64,000 nucleotides of DNA, taken from Octopus sinensis (Eukaryota). Under the pieces are notes generated by a model. The model was not told the origin of the DNA, ran no database searches, and worked only from the letters and a program-made list of their open reading frames with translations. The translations under genes were made by a program, and so were the position numbers. Position 1 is the first letter of the stretch. Each line of letters opens with the position of its first letter. The stretch spans positions 131,068,001 through 131,132,000 of the forward strand of contig NC_042999.1 of NCBI RefSeq assembly GCF_006345805.1, in the 5' to 3' direction. This document shows positions 38,100-49,377 of this stretch, one piece after another.

Positions 38100-38520
38100 A
38101 GACCTCTGTCAGCTGCTCTCCAGCTATTTATTTAAGGCTGTATATGGCTATGGTGCAGTCACATTTGAAATTTGTATCATCAATCTAGAACCCCTATCTT
38201 GCTCCGAACAATGACCTCTTGGAAACTGTTGAGAGATGTGCAACCAAGCGAATATCTTCCATCAGGCATCTACCATACTCTGAACGCCTTGCTTCCCTGG
38301 GCATGGGTACACTGAAGTTCTGACATCTGGCGACTGACTTGGTAAACACCCACAAAATTATTAACCTTCATACCAACAACAACCTTAAGCATCTTTTTGA
38401 ATTTCATGTGTCTAACATACGTGGGTATGCCTACAAAGTCAGAAAACAGCACAGCTCTCATGACTTTCGGAAACATTTTTTCACACTAAGAGTTGCTGGA
38501 GCAGGGAATAAACTGTCATT
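38100..38520 (+). mobile_element. CR1/L2-type LINE fragment
   Basis: Same family as 23964-24582 (THKIINL...RKQHSSHDFRKHFFTLRVA). Confidence 0.85.
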
Positions 38521-38854
38521 ACTTTAAAGACAGTACTTCTTGATTTTGGCTGTCTTCGTTACACTAGCACCTGCCATACAGGCACCAACAATTTGACCTC
38601 TTTGAAAGTCCAATAGATCTATCATTTTCACAAATTTTAATTCCCTTTATCTGATGATATCGAAAAAGAAACAGCAATTTTAGCAAAACATATTAAGCAA
38701 CACTAATAATAAATCCAAAAGTATAAAAATAAACAAGCTTTTGACGGTTTTATAGATATTTCAAAATTATGATGCTTTGATGCTAGGTGTTTCCATTATT
38801 GTGTCCATCCTCTGTGTATATATACATGGCACTTGTGCATATGATAGTAGGGTG

Positions 38855-39216
38855 CCAATCCAAGCATAATCGTTGCCAGAGCAGCCAACTGGCTTCCATA
38901 CCCGTGGCACGTAAAAGGGCACCATTTGAGCGTGATCGTTACCAACATCGCTTCACTGGCACCTGTGCCGGTGGCACGTGTAAAAAGATTCAAGTGAGGT
39001 CGTTGCCAGTACCGCCTGACTGGCTCCTGTGCCAGTGGCACGTAAAAGCACCCACTACACTCTCAGAGTGGTTGGCGTTAGGAAGGGCATCCAGCTGTAG
39101 AAACTCTGCCAGATCAAGATTGGAGCCTGGTGCAGCCATCTGGTTCAGTCAAAATCGTCCAACCCATGCTAGCATGGAAAGCAGACGTTAAACGATGATG
39201 ATGATGATGATGATGA
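38855..39216 (+). mobile_element. RTE LINE 3' UTR fragment with (GAT)n tail
   Basis: ...GGAAGGGCATCCAGCTGTAGAAAC...CCATGCTAGCATGGAAAGCAGACGTTAAACGATGATGAT. Confidence 0.8.
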
Positions 39217-39219
39217 TAT

Positions 39220-39376
39220 ACGACAAGCTTATTTCAGATATCAAATACACTCACAATGGTTTTTGGTTGGCCTGAGGCTATAGTAGAAGATGCTTGCCCA
39301 AAGTACCATGCATTGAGACTGAACTCAGAACCCTCTGGTTGAGAAGCAAGCTTCTTACCACATAGCCATGCCTACA

Positions 39377-39380
<4 letters not shown>
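39220..39380 (-). mobile_element. SINE family A, 5' part
   Basis: GGCCTGAGGCTATAGTAGAAGA...CTTCTTACCACATAGCCATGCCTACACC. Confidence 0.75.
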
Positions 39381-39412
<32 letters not shown>

Positions 39413-39415
<3 letters not shown>

Positions 39416-40231
39416 TCATCATCATCATCATCATTTAGCGTCCGTTTTCCATGCTAGCATGGGTTGGACGGTTCTACTGGGGTCTGTGAAGCCAGAAGGC
39501 TTCATCAGGCCCAGTCAAATCTGGCAGTGTTTCTACGGCTGGATGCCCTTCCTAGCGCCAACCACTCCGTGAGTGTAGTGGGTGCTTTTTACGTGCCACC
39601 CGCACTGGTGCCAGACAGAGCTGGCAAACGGCCACGAACGGATGATGCTTTTTATGTGCCACCGGCATGAGGGCCAGGCGAGGCTGGCAACGGACACGAA
39701 ACGGGGCGGTGCTGGCAACGGTCGCGAAACGGAAAGTTCTCTTACATGCCACCGGCACTGGTAACACATCTGCAATTTCCATTGATCGATTTCCATTGAT
39801 CGATTTCGATTCAGATCCTCACTTGCCTCAATGGGTCTTCACAAGCAGAGTTTCGACATGCCACCGGCACTGGTAGCACATCCGCAATTTCCATTGATCG
39901 ATTTCGATTCTGATCCTCACTTACCTCAACACGTCTTCACAAGTAGAGTTTTGTGTCCCAAGAAGGGAAGGTATGTATACGTAGGCTGGCTCCATCCCAT
40001 GTAGAAGGCCACGGGTTGTGGACTCACTTGTCCTGCCGGGTCTTCTCGCGCACAGCACACTTCCAGAGGTCTCGGTCTCTAGTCATTTCCTCAGTGAGAC
40101 CTAAAGTTCGAAGGTCGTGCTTCACCACCTCGTCCCAGGTTTTCCTGGGTCTGCCTCTTCCACAGGTTCCCTCAACCGCTAGGGTGTGGCACTTTTTCAC
40201 ACAACTATCTTCATCCATTCTCGCCACATGA

Positions 40232-40233
<2 letters not shown>
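39413..40233 (-). mobile_element. Young 5'-truncated RTE LINE between (TA)n tracts
   Basis: Intact C-terminus GHVARMDEDSCVKKC...GRGRPRKTWDEVVKHDL...DRDLWK; CpG-rich 3' UTR with internal duplications; (GAT)n tail. Confidence 0.9.
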
Positions 40234-40280
<47 letters not shown>

Positions 40281-40428
40281 ATATACATATATAAATATAC
40301 ACATACATATATATATATATAATATATATACATATAACATAATGAAGGTGGATTTATGCAATGTAAAATTCATCTGCAGGGTAGTACCTACATTGCTATA
40401 TATGTAACTATACATACATATATATATA

Positions 40429-40481
<53 letters not shown>

Positions 40482-40829
40482 CTAAAAGCCAATCCACGTG
40501 ATGCAAATATTTATGAGCAAAATCATTCGAATGCACACAGTTTACATAGTTTTAATATATATTTAAATATATTTAATAAGTGAAAGAGTATTGTGTTTGT
40601 CGACTGGTTTCACTTTTGCTAACTCTGACTTTGAAATTATTTCCATTTCGTGTTTTCTTAAGAAGATTTTAGTCCGTGTTGTAAATGTAATAAATCAGCA
40701 GGTAGAAAAATCTAATGGGAGGTAATTGGTAATTGTTAGTATTCAGGAAAGGGAAAGTAATTGCTTATTTTGGTGAGAGGAGTAAATAAATATACAAAAA
40801 CTCAAAAGCTAGAGTAGTGAGATGAAATA

Positions 40830-41420
40830 TTTACAGTGATGTGTATGAGAACATGAATTAAAATATATACTGAGATCAAAGTTGGTTGTACATTCATATT
40901 TGGGTGTGTTTTGCATCTTTCAATGAATAAATTTTCTTTATGTAAACGTCCTTGTACAGAAATTGTTTCTTTGCACTGGTAGATGGGGAAAACTGTGCAG
41001 TTTGGTTGGGTGGATATTTTCTGCATATGTCTCAATGTGTTCACTCAAAGGAATCTGTCTGCACTGTGGTAAACGAATCTGTCCCTTATGAAGTGTGGTT
41101 CTCTATGTAAGAGTCATACTTCTCTGTCCTATATAGTTATGTCCACAACCTAAACAAGTAATAGCATAAATTAGATTCTCCGAGGCACAAGTAAAGTTGG
41201 TTTTAATTGTGAACCTTTCTCCTTGTTTGAATAAGAATTCTCAGCCAGGTTTTGTAGTTGTTGTGTAAAGCTTCATATTTGTCTTTTCAGTGATTTGTGT
41301 TGCTTTTTCTATTTGATGAATGTATGTGTTTTCAGAATGTTGTTCATTTTTGGATCCCTAGTGAGCATAGGTAAATTTTGTACAATAGTGTTGTATGCCT
41401 CATTGTTTCTAGGGTTACAT
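40830..41420 (-). mobile_element. Penelope-like element remnant (GIY-YIG endonuclease)
   Basis: Manual translation NPRNNEAYNTIVQNLPML...FTIKTNFTCASENLIYAITCLGCGHNYIGQ...LSEHI. Confidence 0.85.
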
Positions 41421-42071
41421 ATATAATATAAAGGATTAGGGATTTGGAATTTAGGCAGGTACCTTATAAGCACTTTGACATAATCCTTCCAGATCTAGCT
41501 AACCATATCAAATTATAGGGAACATATAGAAGTGTTTAAGATAAGCAATTACATGGTACCTCGCCTGATGGGTAAATCTTGAGTTTGCTTCATTGGATTT
41601 CAAATAGCATACAGGTTATATTATCTAGACATGACAAAGAAGAAAGAAGAATGGACAAATACACATCTTCAAAATTTGTTTATTACTGTATTATGCTAAT
41701 TAAAATCACCTTAAAGTACAATCCAACACTTGCTTCTGCTGGATAAGTGTCCTAATGTCTTTTTTGATGTTGCATTAACGTGCATTTAGTTGGTTCAGTT
41801 GCTGTGCATATTCATCAAAGGTAGACATTCCTATGTAGTTTTGTTCAAAGTTTTACCCATGCAGGTAAAACTATATATATATTTCATCATGTTGAACCAA
41901 TGATCCCTACACATTTTTTCTCTCTTTATTTTTCCTTCTTAATCCTTTCAGTCGAAGAGTGTTGGATCAAAACATCAAAGTCTTTTCTATTCCTTCTGAG
42001 TATCAAACTAATACACTTGTTTGTTGTTCCGTCACCTGTCTTCATCTTTTATTTTCTGTAAATTCGAACAT

Positions 42072-42440
42072 ATGTGGAGGAGCAATGGCCCAGTGGTTAG
42101 GGCAGCAAACTTGCAGTCATAGGATCGTGGTTTTGATTCCCAGACTGGGCACTGTGAGTGCTTATTGAGCGAAAACACCTGAAGCTCCATGAGCTCCAGC
42201 AGGGGCTGGTGGCGAACCCTGCTGTATTCTTTCACCACAACTTTCTCCCTGTTTCTGTTGTACCCGTGTTTCAAAGGGCCAGTCTTGCCACACACTGTGT
42301 CATGCTGAATCTCCCCGAGAACTACGTTAAGAGTACACGTGTCTGTGGGGTCCTCAGCTACTTGCATGTTAATTTCAAGAGCAGGCAGTTCTGTTGATTG
42401 CATCAACTGGTACCCTCATTGTTGTAACCAATGGAATGCC
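42072..42440 (+). mobile_element. tRNA-derived SINE, family C
   Basis: A box TGGCCCAGTGG and B-box-like GGTTTTGATTCC head; homologous minus-strand copies elsewhere. Confidence 0.8.
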
Positions 42441-42494
42441 ACAATATATACATATATTATATATTATATATATATATATATAATTTTTGAAGTG

Positions 42495-43080
42495 TTGATG
42501 ATGATGATGATGATGATGATGATAGCATGGGTTAGATGGTTTGACTGGAACAGGTAAGCCGGAGGGCTGCACCAGGTTCCAGTCTGATTTGGCATGGTTT
42601 CTATGGCTGGATGCCCTTCCTAACACCAACCACTCTGAGAGTGTAATGGATGCTTTTTATGTGCCACTGACATGGGTTCCATTTACGTGACACCTGCAAT
42701 GGCCACAACTACACTTTCATGGGTACAGTTTTCATGACACAGGAAACAGCTATAAGTACAATTTCACTTGGCTTGATGTGTCTTCTCAATCACAGCATAT
42801 TACCAAAGGTCTGAGTCAATTGTTGTCGCCTCAGTGAGGCCCAGCATTTGAAGGTCATGCTACTGGCAACAGCTATGATTATGATTTCATTGGTGCCATT
42901 TACATGACACTAGCAATGATTATGATTTCACTTGGCTTGATGAGGTTTCTCAAGTACAGCATATCACCAAAGTCTCAGTCACTTGTCATCACCTCTGTTA
43001 TACCCAGCATTCGAAGATCATGCTTCTCCACCTTGTCCCATGTCTTTCTGAGATTACCTCTTTCACAGGTTCTCTCCACA
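42495..43080 (-). mobile_element. RTE LINE 3' end
   Basis: 3' UTR and duplicated C-terminal coding piece similar to 3100-3260 and 40024-40170. Confidence 0.75.
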
Positions 43081-43097
43081 ATACACAATATATCTAT

Positions 43098-43128
<31 letters not shown>

Positions 43129-43137
43129 ATATATATA

Positions 43138-43250
<113 letters not shown>

Positions 43251-43328
43251 ATCATTGGCGATTTTCTTTCTCTGTTTTTCCTTCCTATGTTTCTGACAAA
43301 GAGCTCCACTCTTTGTTCATGTTTGGAT

Positions 43329-43383
<55 letters not shown>

Positions 43384-43875
43384 AATATGTACTTACATAT
43401 CAGACCAAAAGGGTACGGGCGCCGCTATATATATATATATGTATATGTAAAAAAATACAAACTGGGACAAGAACACAAAACATTTAGAAGACGATACAAA
43501 AAACACGGACGGGACATTCGAAGCCTTCAATCTTCAGTCAAGAACCGGATCGTCCTCGCAATTTCGGGTGATTAATCTTGAGATCGCTCCGATCCGGCCA
43601 GCTCCAAGGAAAAACTAAGCTACGAGCATTAGATTTCTTGGAAAAAGGATCGAATGTATACGAAACAGGGACAGAAAAACGGACGATGCCACACGAATAT
43701 AAATACAAAAAGCAATAATAGTAATAACAGGACAAAAACAGCGGGTGTCTTATGACTATAGACAGTACAACTTAGTTTAGCTGGCGTATTTGGAAAAAAT
43801 GCCTTTTTCGGCAGATGAAGAAAACGATGTTCTCATGGCGGTGGTTGGAAGCCGAAAGGCTGGTTGACCAGCAGT

Positions 43876-43909
<34 letters not shown>

Positions 43910-44347
43910 CATACATATATATATATATATACACACATACACAAAATATATATGAAACTTTGTCTCTATAAATTTCTACTGTAAAATGTTCATAAAAAAT
44001 ATAATATACAAACACATACACACACACACAAAAAAAATCTCCCTGTTATCTATATGGTAAATATTTAGGCTGCCACTTGAAGTGTAATTAGATTATATTA
44101 AGATTTGATACAACTTTTGTGAATACTATAATAACATCAAGTCTTATTCTACTTCAAACAATGATTAGCTCATGCTGTTTTGTCAAGTATTGAGAAAAGA
44201 TTTAGTGAGGCCATATTGCTGTGGAAAAATAATACCCAAGTCATTTGGACTTACATTACAGCTCACTAATCCCTTGTTATATGATGAATGTTGCTTCAAA
44301 ATTAGAATTTGAGAAAATTTTTTACTACAAATAGGTTTTAAATATTG

Positions 44348-44571
44348 TTAAACCTTTAGCTTTCAGATTATTCTGTCAAATGTAATGCTTCTTTATTGAC
44401 ATAGTTTTGAATTAACTATGCATTGTCTAGTAGCTTCAAGATTTCAATGATTTGGTTGTTTATTTTTAAAATGACACTGTGTAATAGGTGTGAGAGGCCA
44501 GAACTACTTTGAACACGAAACAAGTAGAATAGCTTGGCTAGACATGGCCAATTGAAATATTAAAGGGTTAA
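44348..44571. mobile_element. piggyBac-type MITE, opposite orientation to 8539-8767
   Basis: TTAAACCTTTAGC...TAAAGGGTTAA. Confidence 0.7.
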
Positions 44572-45504
44572 ACTTAGTATTTGTAAGAGGTGTGATAGTT
44601 CAAGCAGTGTTTCAATATTTGTAAGTAGAGAAGAAGGTATGATGAAGTGGGTGTTCTTTTCTATGAGATGTGTTGTATTTGTTTAGATGGAATTGTTTAG
44701 ACCCTGTTTGGTGAAAATGTGAACATTCACTGGCATGCAGTAGTGAAGTTGAATGTGGATAAAAACCTATGAAAAAGAAGTAAAGAATAATATTCTTTGT
44801 AGAGATTGTGTATAGTTAGAAATGGTCACGAGGAAGTTGTAAAGAAATAGGAGAAAGAATAAGACAGTTGATGAATGAGTTCTAGTGACACATAATCATT
44901 TAGCATATGTTTTCCATGCTGGCATGAGTAGGATGGCTTGATAGAAGCTGGTCAGCTGAAGAGTTGCCCAAGCTTCATTTGTCTGTTTTGGCACAGTTTG
45001 TAGTGTTGGATGTCCTTCCTAACATCAACCACTTTACAGAGTGTACTGGATGCTTTTCATGTGGCACCAGCCTCCACGAGGCAACAAGATTAGGATTGCT
45101 CAACCGAAGAGGGATGTAAGGGACATGCCTTTATGCAAAGACAACCATGATTTTACTTGTCCTGAGTGCAGGCTTCATCCAGGTGGAAAGTGATGGATGA
45201 TTCCAAACTATAATATAACAACTGGTTTTGTTGATATTAAAAACAACTTTACTTCTGGTAAAAGAACATAAGATCAATGATGGAAAATTTCAAGGCTTTC
45301 AATGGATCTGGTACTGTGGAACTAACAGTAATGGTTCCTCAGGATTGAAATACCTAAAATCAATAGGTCTTAAGATTGTGTATGTAGGTCAGTCAGCTTG
45401 TTAAAACTAAATACAATAAGGCATTTTGTCTGATGTTCTAAAAAGTCTTGACTATGATTGTATCAACATAACATAGTTTTCATTAGTAATATATTTGGAA
45501 CAAA

Positions 45505-46026
45505 GAAGGTGGCAAGCTGGCAGATTCGTTAGCATGCTGGACAAAATGCTTAGTAATATTTCATCATCATCATTGTTTAGCATCCGCTTTCCATGCTGGC
45601 AGAGGTTGGACAGCTTGACTGAGGTCAGGAGAGCCAGCATCTGCACCGGGCTCCCATCTGACCTGGCATTACTTCTACAGCTGGATGCCCTTCCTAACAC
45701 CAACCACTACAAGAGTGTAGTGGGTGCTTTTTACATACCACATGCACAGGATCCAGTCAGGTGGGCTTGGCATCGATCACGTTCAGTTGGTGCATTACAG
45801 GAACCACTCTGGGGATACTGGCATCAGCCACATTCAGTTGGTGCTTTTTACATGCCACTGGCATGGGAGCCAGTCAGGACTCTGAATTCAAATTCCACCA
45901 AGGTAGACTTTGCCTTTTATCCTTTGAGGGTCGATGAAATAAGTACCAGTTGAGCACTGGGGTTGAAGTAAGTGACTTGCTCCTCCCCCAAAATTGTTAA
46001 CCTAGTTCCAAAATTTGAAACCAATA
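45505..46026 (+). mobile_element. SINE family B with a nested minus-strand RTE 3' UTR (45562-45880)
   Basis: SINE head stops at ATTTCATC and resumes at TCTGAATTCAAATTCCACC after a (CAT)n-tailed insert. Confidence 0.7.
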
Positions 46027-46559
46027 TATTTGGAACAAAGTCACAAATTTTGGTGGATAGGTTGTAGTTGATTTAAATTACTTCAGAAAATGATTAGTAC
46101 TTATTTTATTAACTCTAGAATAATTAAAAGCAATATTGGCATCAGTGGGATTTGAACTCAGAATGTAAAAGACAAAATTTAATTAAAAGGCAAATCCATA
46201 ATTATAATTACAGAGATGTACTTGCATAGAAAGTGACCTGACCTGAGATCATGTGCTTGAACAAAAACAATTGCAGTGTGGAAGGTGTTTATAAGCCATT
46301 TAAGAAACACACAAAAACCATTAGATTCACTTCAACATTTAAATTTAATTTTTCAAAATATTTTTGCCACTTTGAGACCACGACATGTTCACTAACAAAA
46401 TTCAGTGCTGCATCTCTTGTTCATAATTATAATATTATAGTGATAATGTCACAATTCTATAATTACAATATAAATATTAAATATAATATTTCCAAAAGGA
46501 AGAACTGCATGCACACAAGCTTCAACCCACAGCCTCCCACCTCATAGCTACGTGTCACA

Positions 46560-46800
46560 TGTGCTGGTATGGACATGTCCTCCATCTCCCCTAGATCATC
46601 CTACCAGGGCTTTACTCTCATTTGAGGCAGCAGCTGCAGACTAGAGGAGGCCTTGTAGCAGACCCTGCACCAGATGGCTGGATGTGATTGGAGAAGATCT
46701 CTAGCAGCTCAATGTCACCTTGGAAAATGCAGAAGGGCTGGCACAAGACTGCCAGTGGTGGGGAGCACTGGTAGACCTGATCAGCTCTATGCATGATGAC
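46560..46800 (+). mobile_element. C-terminal fragment of a second RTE-like LINE family
   Basis: WYGHVLHLP.DHPTRALL...RRPCSRPCTRWLDVIGEDL. Confidence 0.65.
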
Positions 46801-47707
46801 ATCTCTGGGATTACTAAGCTGGGATGACCCCAGCCTCATCAAGCAAGAGCATGAAACAAGCAAGCAAAAAGGAGAAATCACAACACTCCACATAAACCAC
46901 TTTTTTTTCACAACACAAATGTAATTGCTTTCTCCTTGTTTTTAATCTGCTATAGAAAATTGAGAGTTGATACTATCATTCATGAAACACTTACCAGTTT
47001 CATTGACCTTTCATAAATTTTACTGGAGATCAGAATTACATTTTCTGCCTGCACTTTCTACCTCAGGGGATTCTGACAGAAGATAATTAGGGATTTATTT
47101 GAACAGAAAGGTTCTGGCCTCAACTATCTCAACTGCACTGTCTCTTTTATCCTAACTCCCAGGCATAAAAATACCACCTTTCTTTAACAATTTTCATTGT
47201 TAAAGGTAGGTGGTGGAAAATATTTTACTTTGAATGTGGAGAACAACTCAATTCTTTTCCAGTAGTTCTTTACAAATATATGTCTTACCAGCTCTCAGCA
47301 TATGGTAGCCTCAGTGCAAGTATGTGCATGATGAGATCCCTATGATGTGAGTCGAAGATGGTATATGAACTTTCTGAACCATGGTATTGTAGCTTTTACA
47401 AAAAAGCAGAGGTGTGGGAACGCCAGTTTAGTCAGATCATCCTTGGAATGAAGTTTGGTTGTTAAATTATTGTGCAAAACCAGTGATGTATCTGTTGACT
47501 GTGTTCAGTCCTGCATTTCAGTAACAGCTTCCTCTTAGTTCACTTTGTTAATTTTTCATACTTCTACAATTAGAAGACTAGGAAAACCAAGCCCTCAAAA
47601 AATTTTACCAGACAATTGGTACAACAATTGTTTATTGGTAAGGACTTACCTTCCAGCTGTTCAGACAAGAGTTCACCAATTCCCCACCCACTTTTTTTTT
47701 TTATTTT

Positions 47708-47793
47708 TTGTGCTTGTATTGTCTGCTTGCATTCAGCATGTTTGATACAATTGTGCTTGTATTGTCTGCTTGCATTCAGCATGTTTGATACAA
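47708..47793. repeat. 43-bp tandem duplication
   Basis: TTGTGCTTGTATTGTCTGCTTGCATTCAGCATGTTTGATACAA x2. Confidence 0.9.
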
Positions 47794-48694
47794 TATTTCA
47801 ATTTTGGAGGTGTGTGACACCATGATTGTTATATCATCTATGTAAACAAATTCCACATTTTCTTCCATTTTAAGTGGGATGTTTCTTGTAATATTCAACT
47901 TATCAGTAGAGGTACAAAGATCAATATGTACAAAAAAAAAAAAAAAATGAGAGTATAAATTGTGACTGAGCCATAATTGGATGCTGAGTACCTTTATGTT
48001 GCTGTTAGCTTAAACCATAAAATAACTGTTGCCATTGTGAAAATTAGTCATCCACTTGCAGAGCAAGTGAATGCTTTTGAACTGATCAAATTGATCAGGA
48101 CCCCTAACAAAATCTCAACTATTCTCTTCCCTCACTGTTATGTATATTGATGCGAAAGTTGCCAAGATGAATATATCTGGAAGTGCACAAGTTTCTGCAC
48201 TTCCAGTAGACAAACATCTACTTCTGTGTCAGTACTTTAATTTTGTATTTAGCAGAGTTATGGGTCTGAAGTTTATCTCTTTCTCATCAGTACTGCCATA
48301 CAACAAGGCATGCTCCCAGTCTTCTGCTAAACAAATATATTTTCAAACTCTTGAGTCTTTCAGATACTCACAGAAAATTAACACCACAAGACACAGCACA
48401 TATATTATACAGAGTTCTGCTTATATATATATGAAAATTCAAAAGCAGGAAAAAAAAACATGTATATATCAAAGGCAAACAGTGTTGTGTTGAGTTGAGC
48501 AGTGAATGAACACTAAACAAAACTACTGGAAGAAAAAATGCATTGTAACATAGGCACAAGGTCACATTTTAAGGATATGTTGTTATAATTGTCTCCAGTA
48601 TCTGACTATCACTTACTTTACTGACCTCCCCACCCACCAAAAAAAGAAAAATGAAACACAACCTTGGAGACACTTGAAATCAGTATAAGAGATT

Positions 48695-48846
48695 AACTAA
48701 ATATTACAAGGCAATATCTTCGGTACTCTCTGAATATTTGTTTGCTTATTATATCTAATATAGTTCATGCAACTAAATATTACAAGACAAAATGTTCGGT
48801 ACTCTTTGAATATTTGTTTGCTTATTATATCTAATATAGTTCATGC
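48695..48846. repeat. ~75-bp tandem duplication
   Basis: AACTAAATATTACAAG...GAATATTTGTTTGCTTATTATATCTAATATAGTTCATGC x2. Confidence 0.9.
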
Positions 48847-48964
48847 ACTAAATATTTTAGAATAAAGAATTGTCCCACATCTTTTTAAACCTCAATAGTG
48901 GTACAATTAGATTTACATAATTTTTTAAAAGTTGTTGGAAACCACACACACACACACATATTAC

Positions 48965-48998
<34 letters not shown>

Positions 48999-49299
48999 TT
49001 TACATAAATTGATTTTGATAAATTAATTATAGTCAGCCTTTCTATTGTTTTTAATTTATACTTGAGGTACAGTTATAAAAAAAATTTTCTGTCAATATTC
49101 ATTTCACAATTTGCTTTCTAATAATAATAATAATAATAATAACTTGAATACTGATTTCATCAACAAATCACTTATATGAAGAAATAATCTCTATTCTATA
49201 AAAATTTACACAGAAATCAATCATTGTTTGAAAGATTGCGCAAAAGAATTATTCAAGTCTGAAAGTTTCCCCAATTTATTGAAATAATAAACTAGACAT

Positions 49300-49377
49300 T
49301 CGAAGACTCGAGTAGAACCGCGGATTACTGCGCAGGCGTACAGGAAGTTGATAATTTTTTTTTTTTTTTGGTAAGTT
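49300..49377 (+). promoter_or_regulatory. Putative promoter and first splice donor of an unidentified transcript
   Basis: NRF1+ETS-like ACTGCGCAGGCGTACAGGAAGTT (49327-49349), a poly-T tract, then G|GTAAGT at 49370/49371; start of a CpG-retaining block. Confidence 0.5.

Noticed and set aside
39560-39950. Repeated GTGCTTTTTAYGTGCCACC units resembling a repeat-spacer array
   Set aside because: Eukaryotic context, irregular related spacers and no cas genes; these are internal duplications of a LINE 3' UTR
47000-47700. Coding-like stretch, also 34700-35600 and 53360-53700
   Set aside because: No sustained frame or recognisable motif; probably ancient TE debris that cannot be assigned by eye
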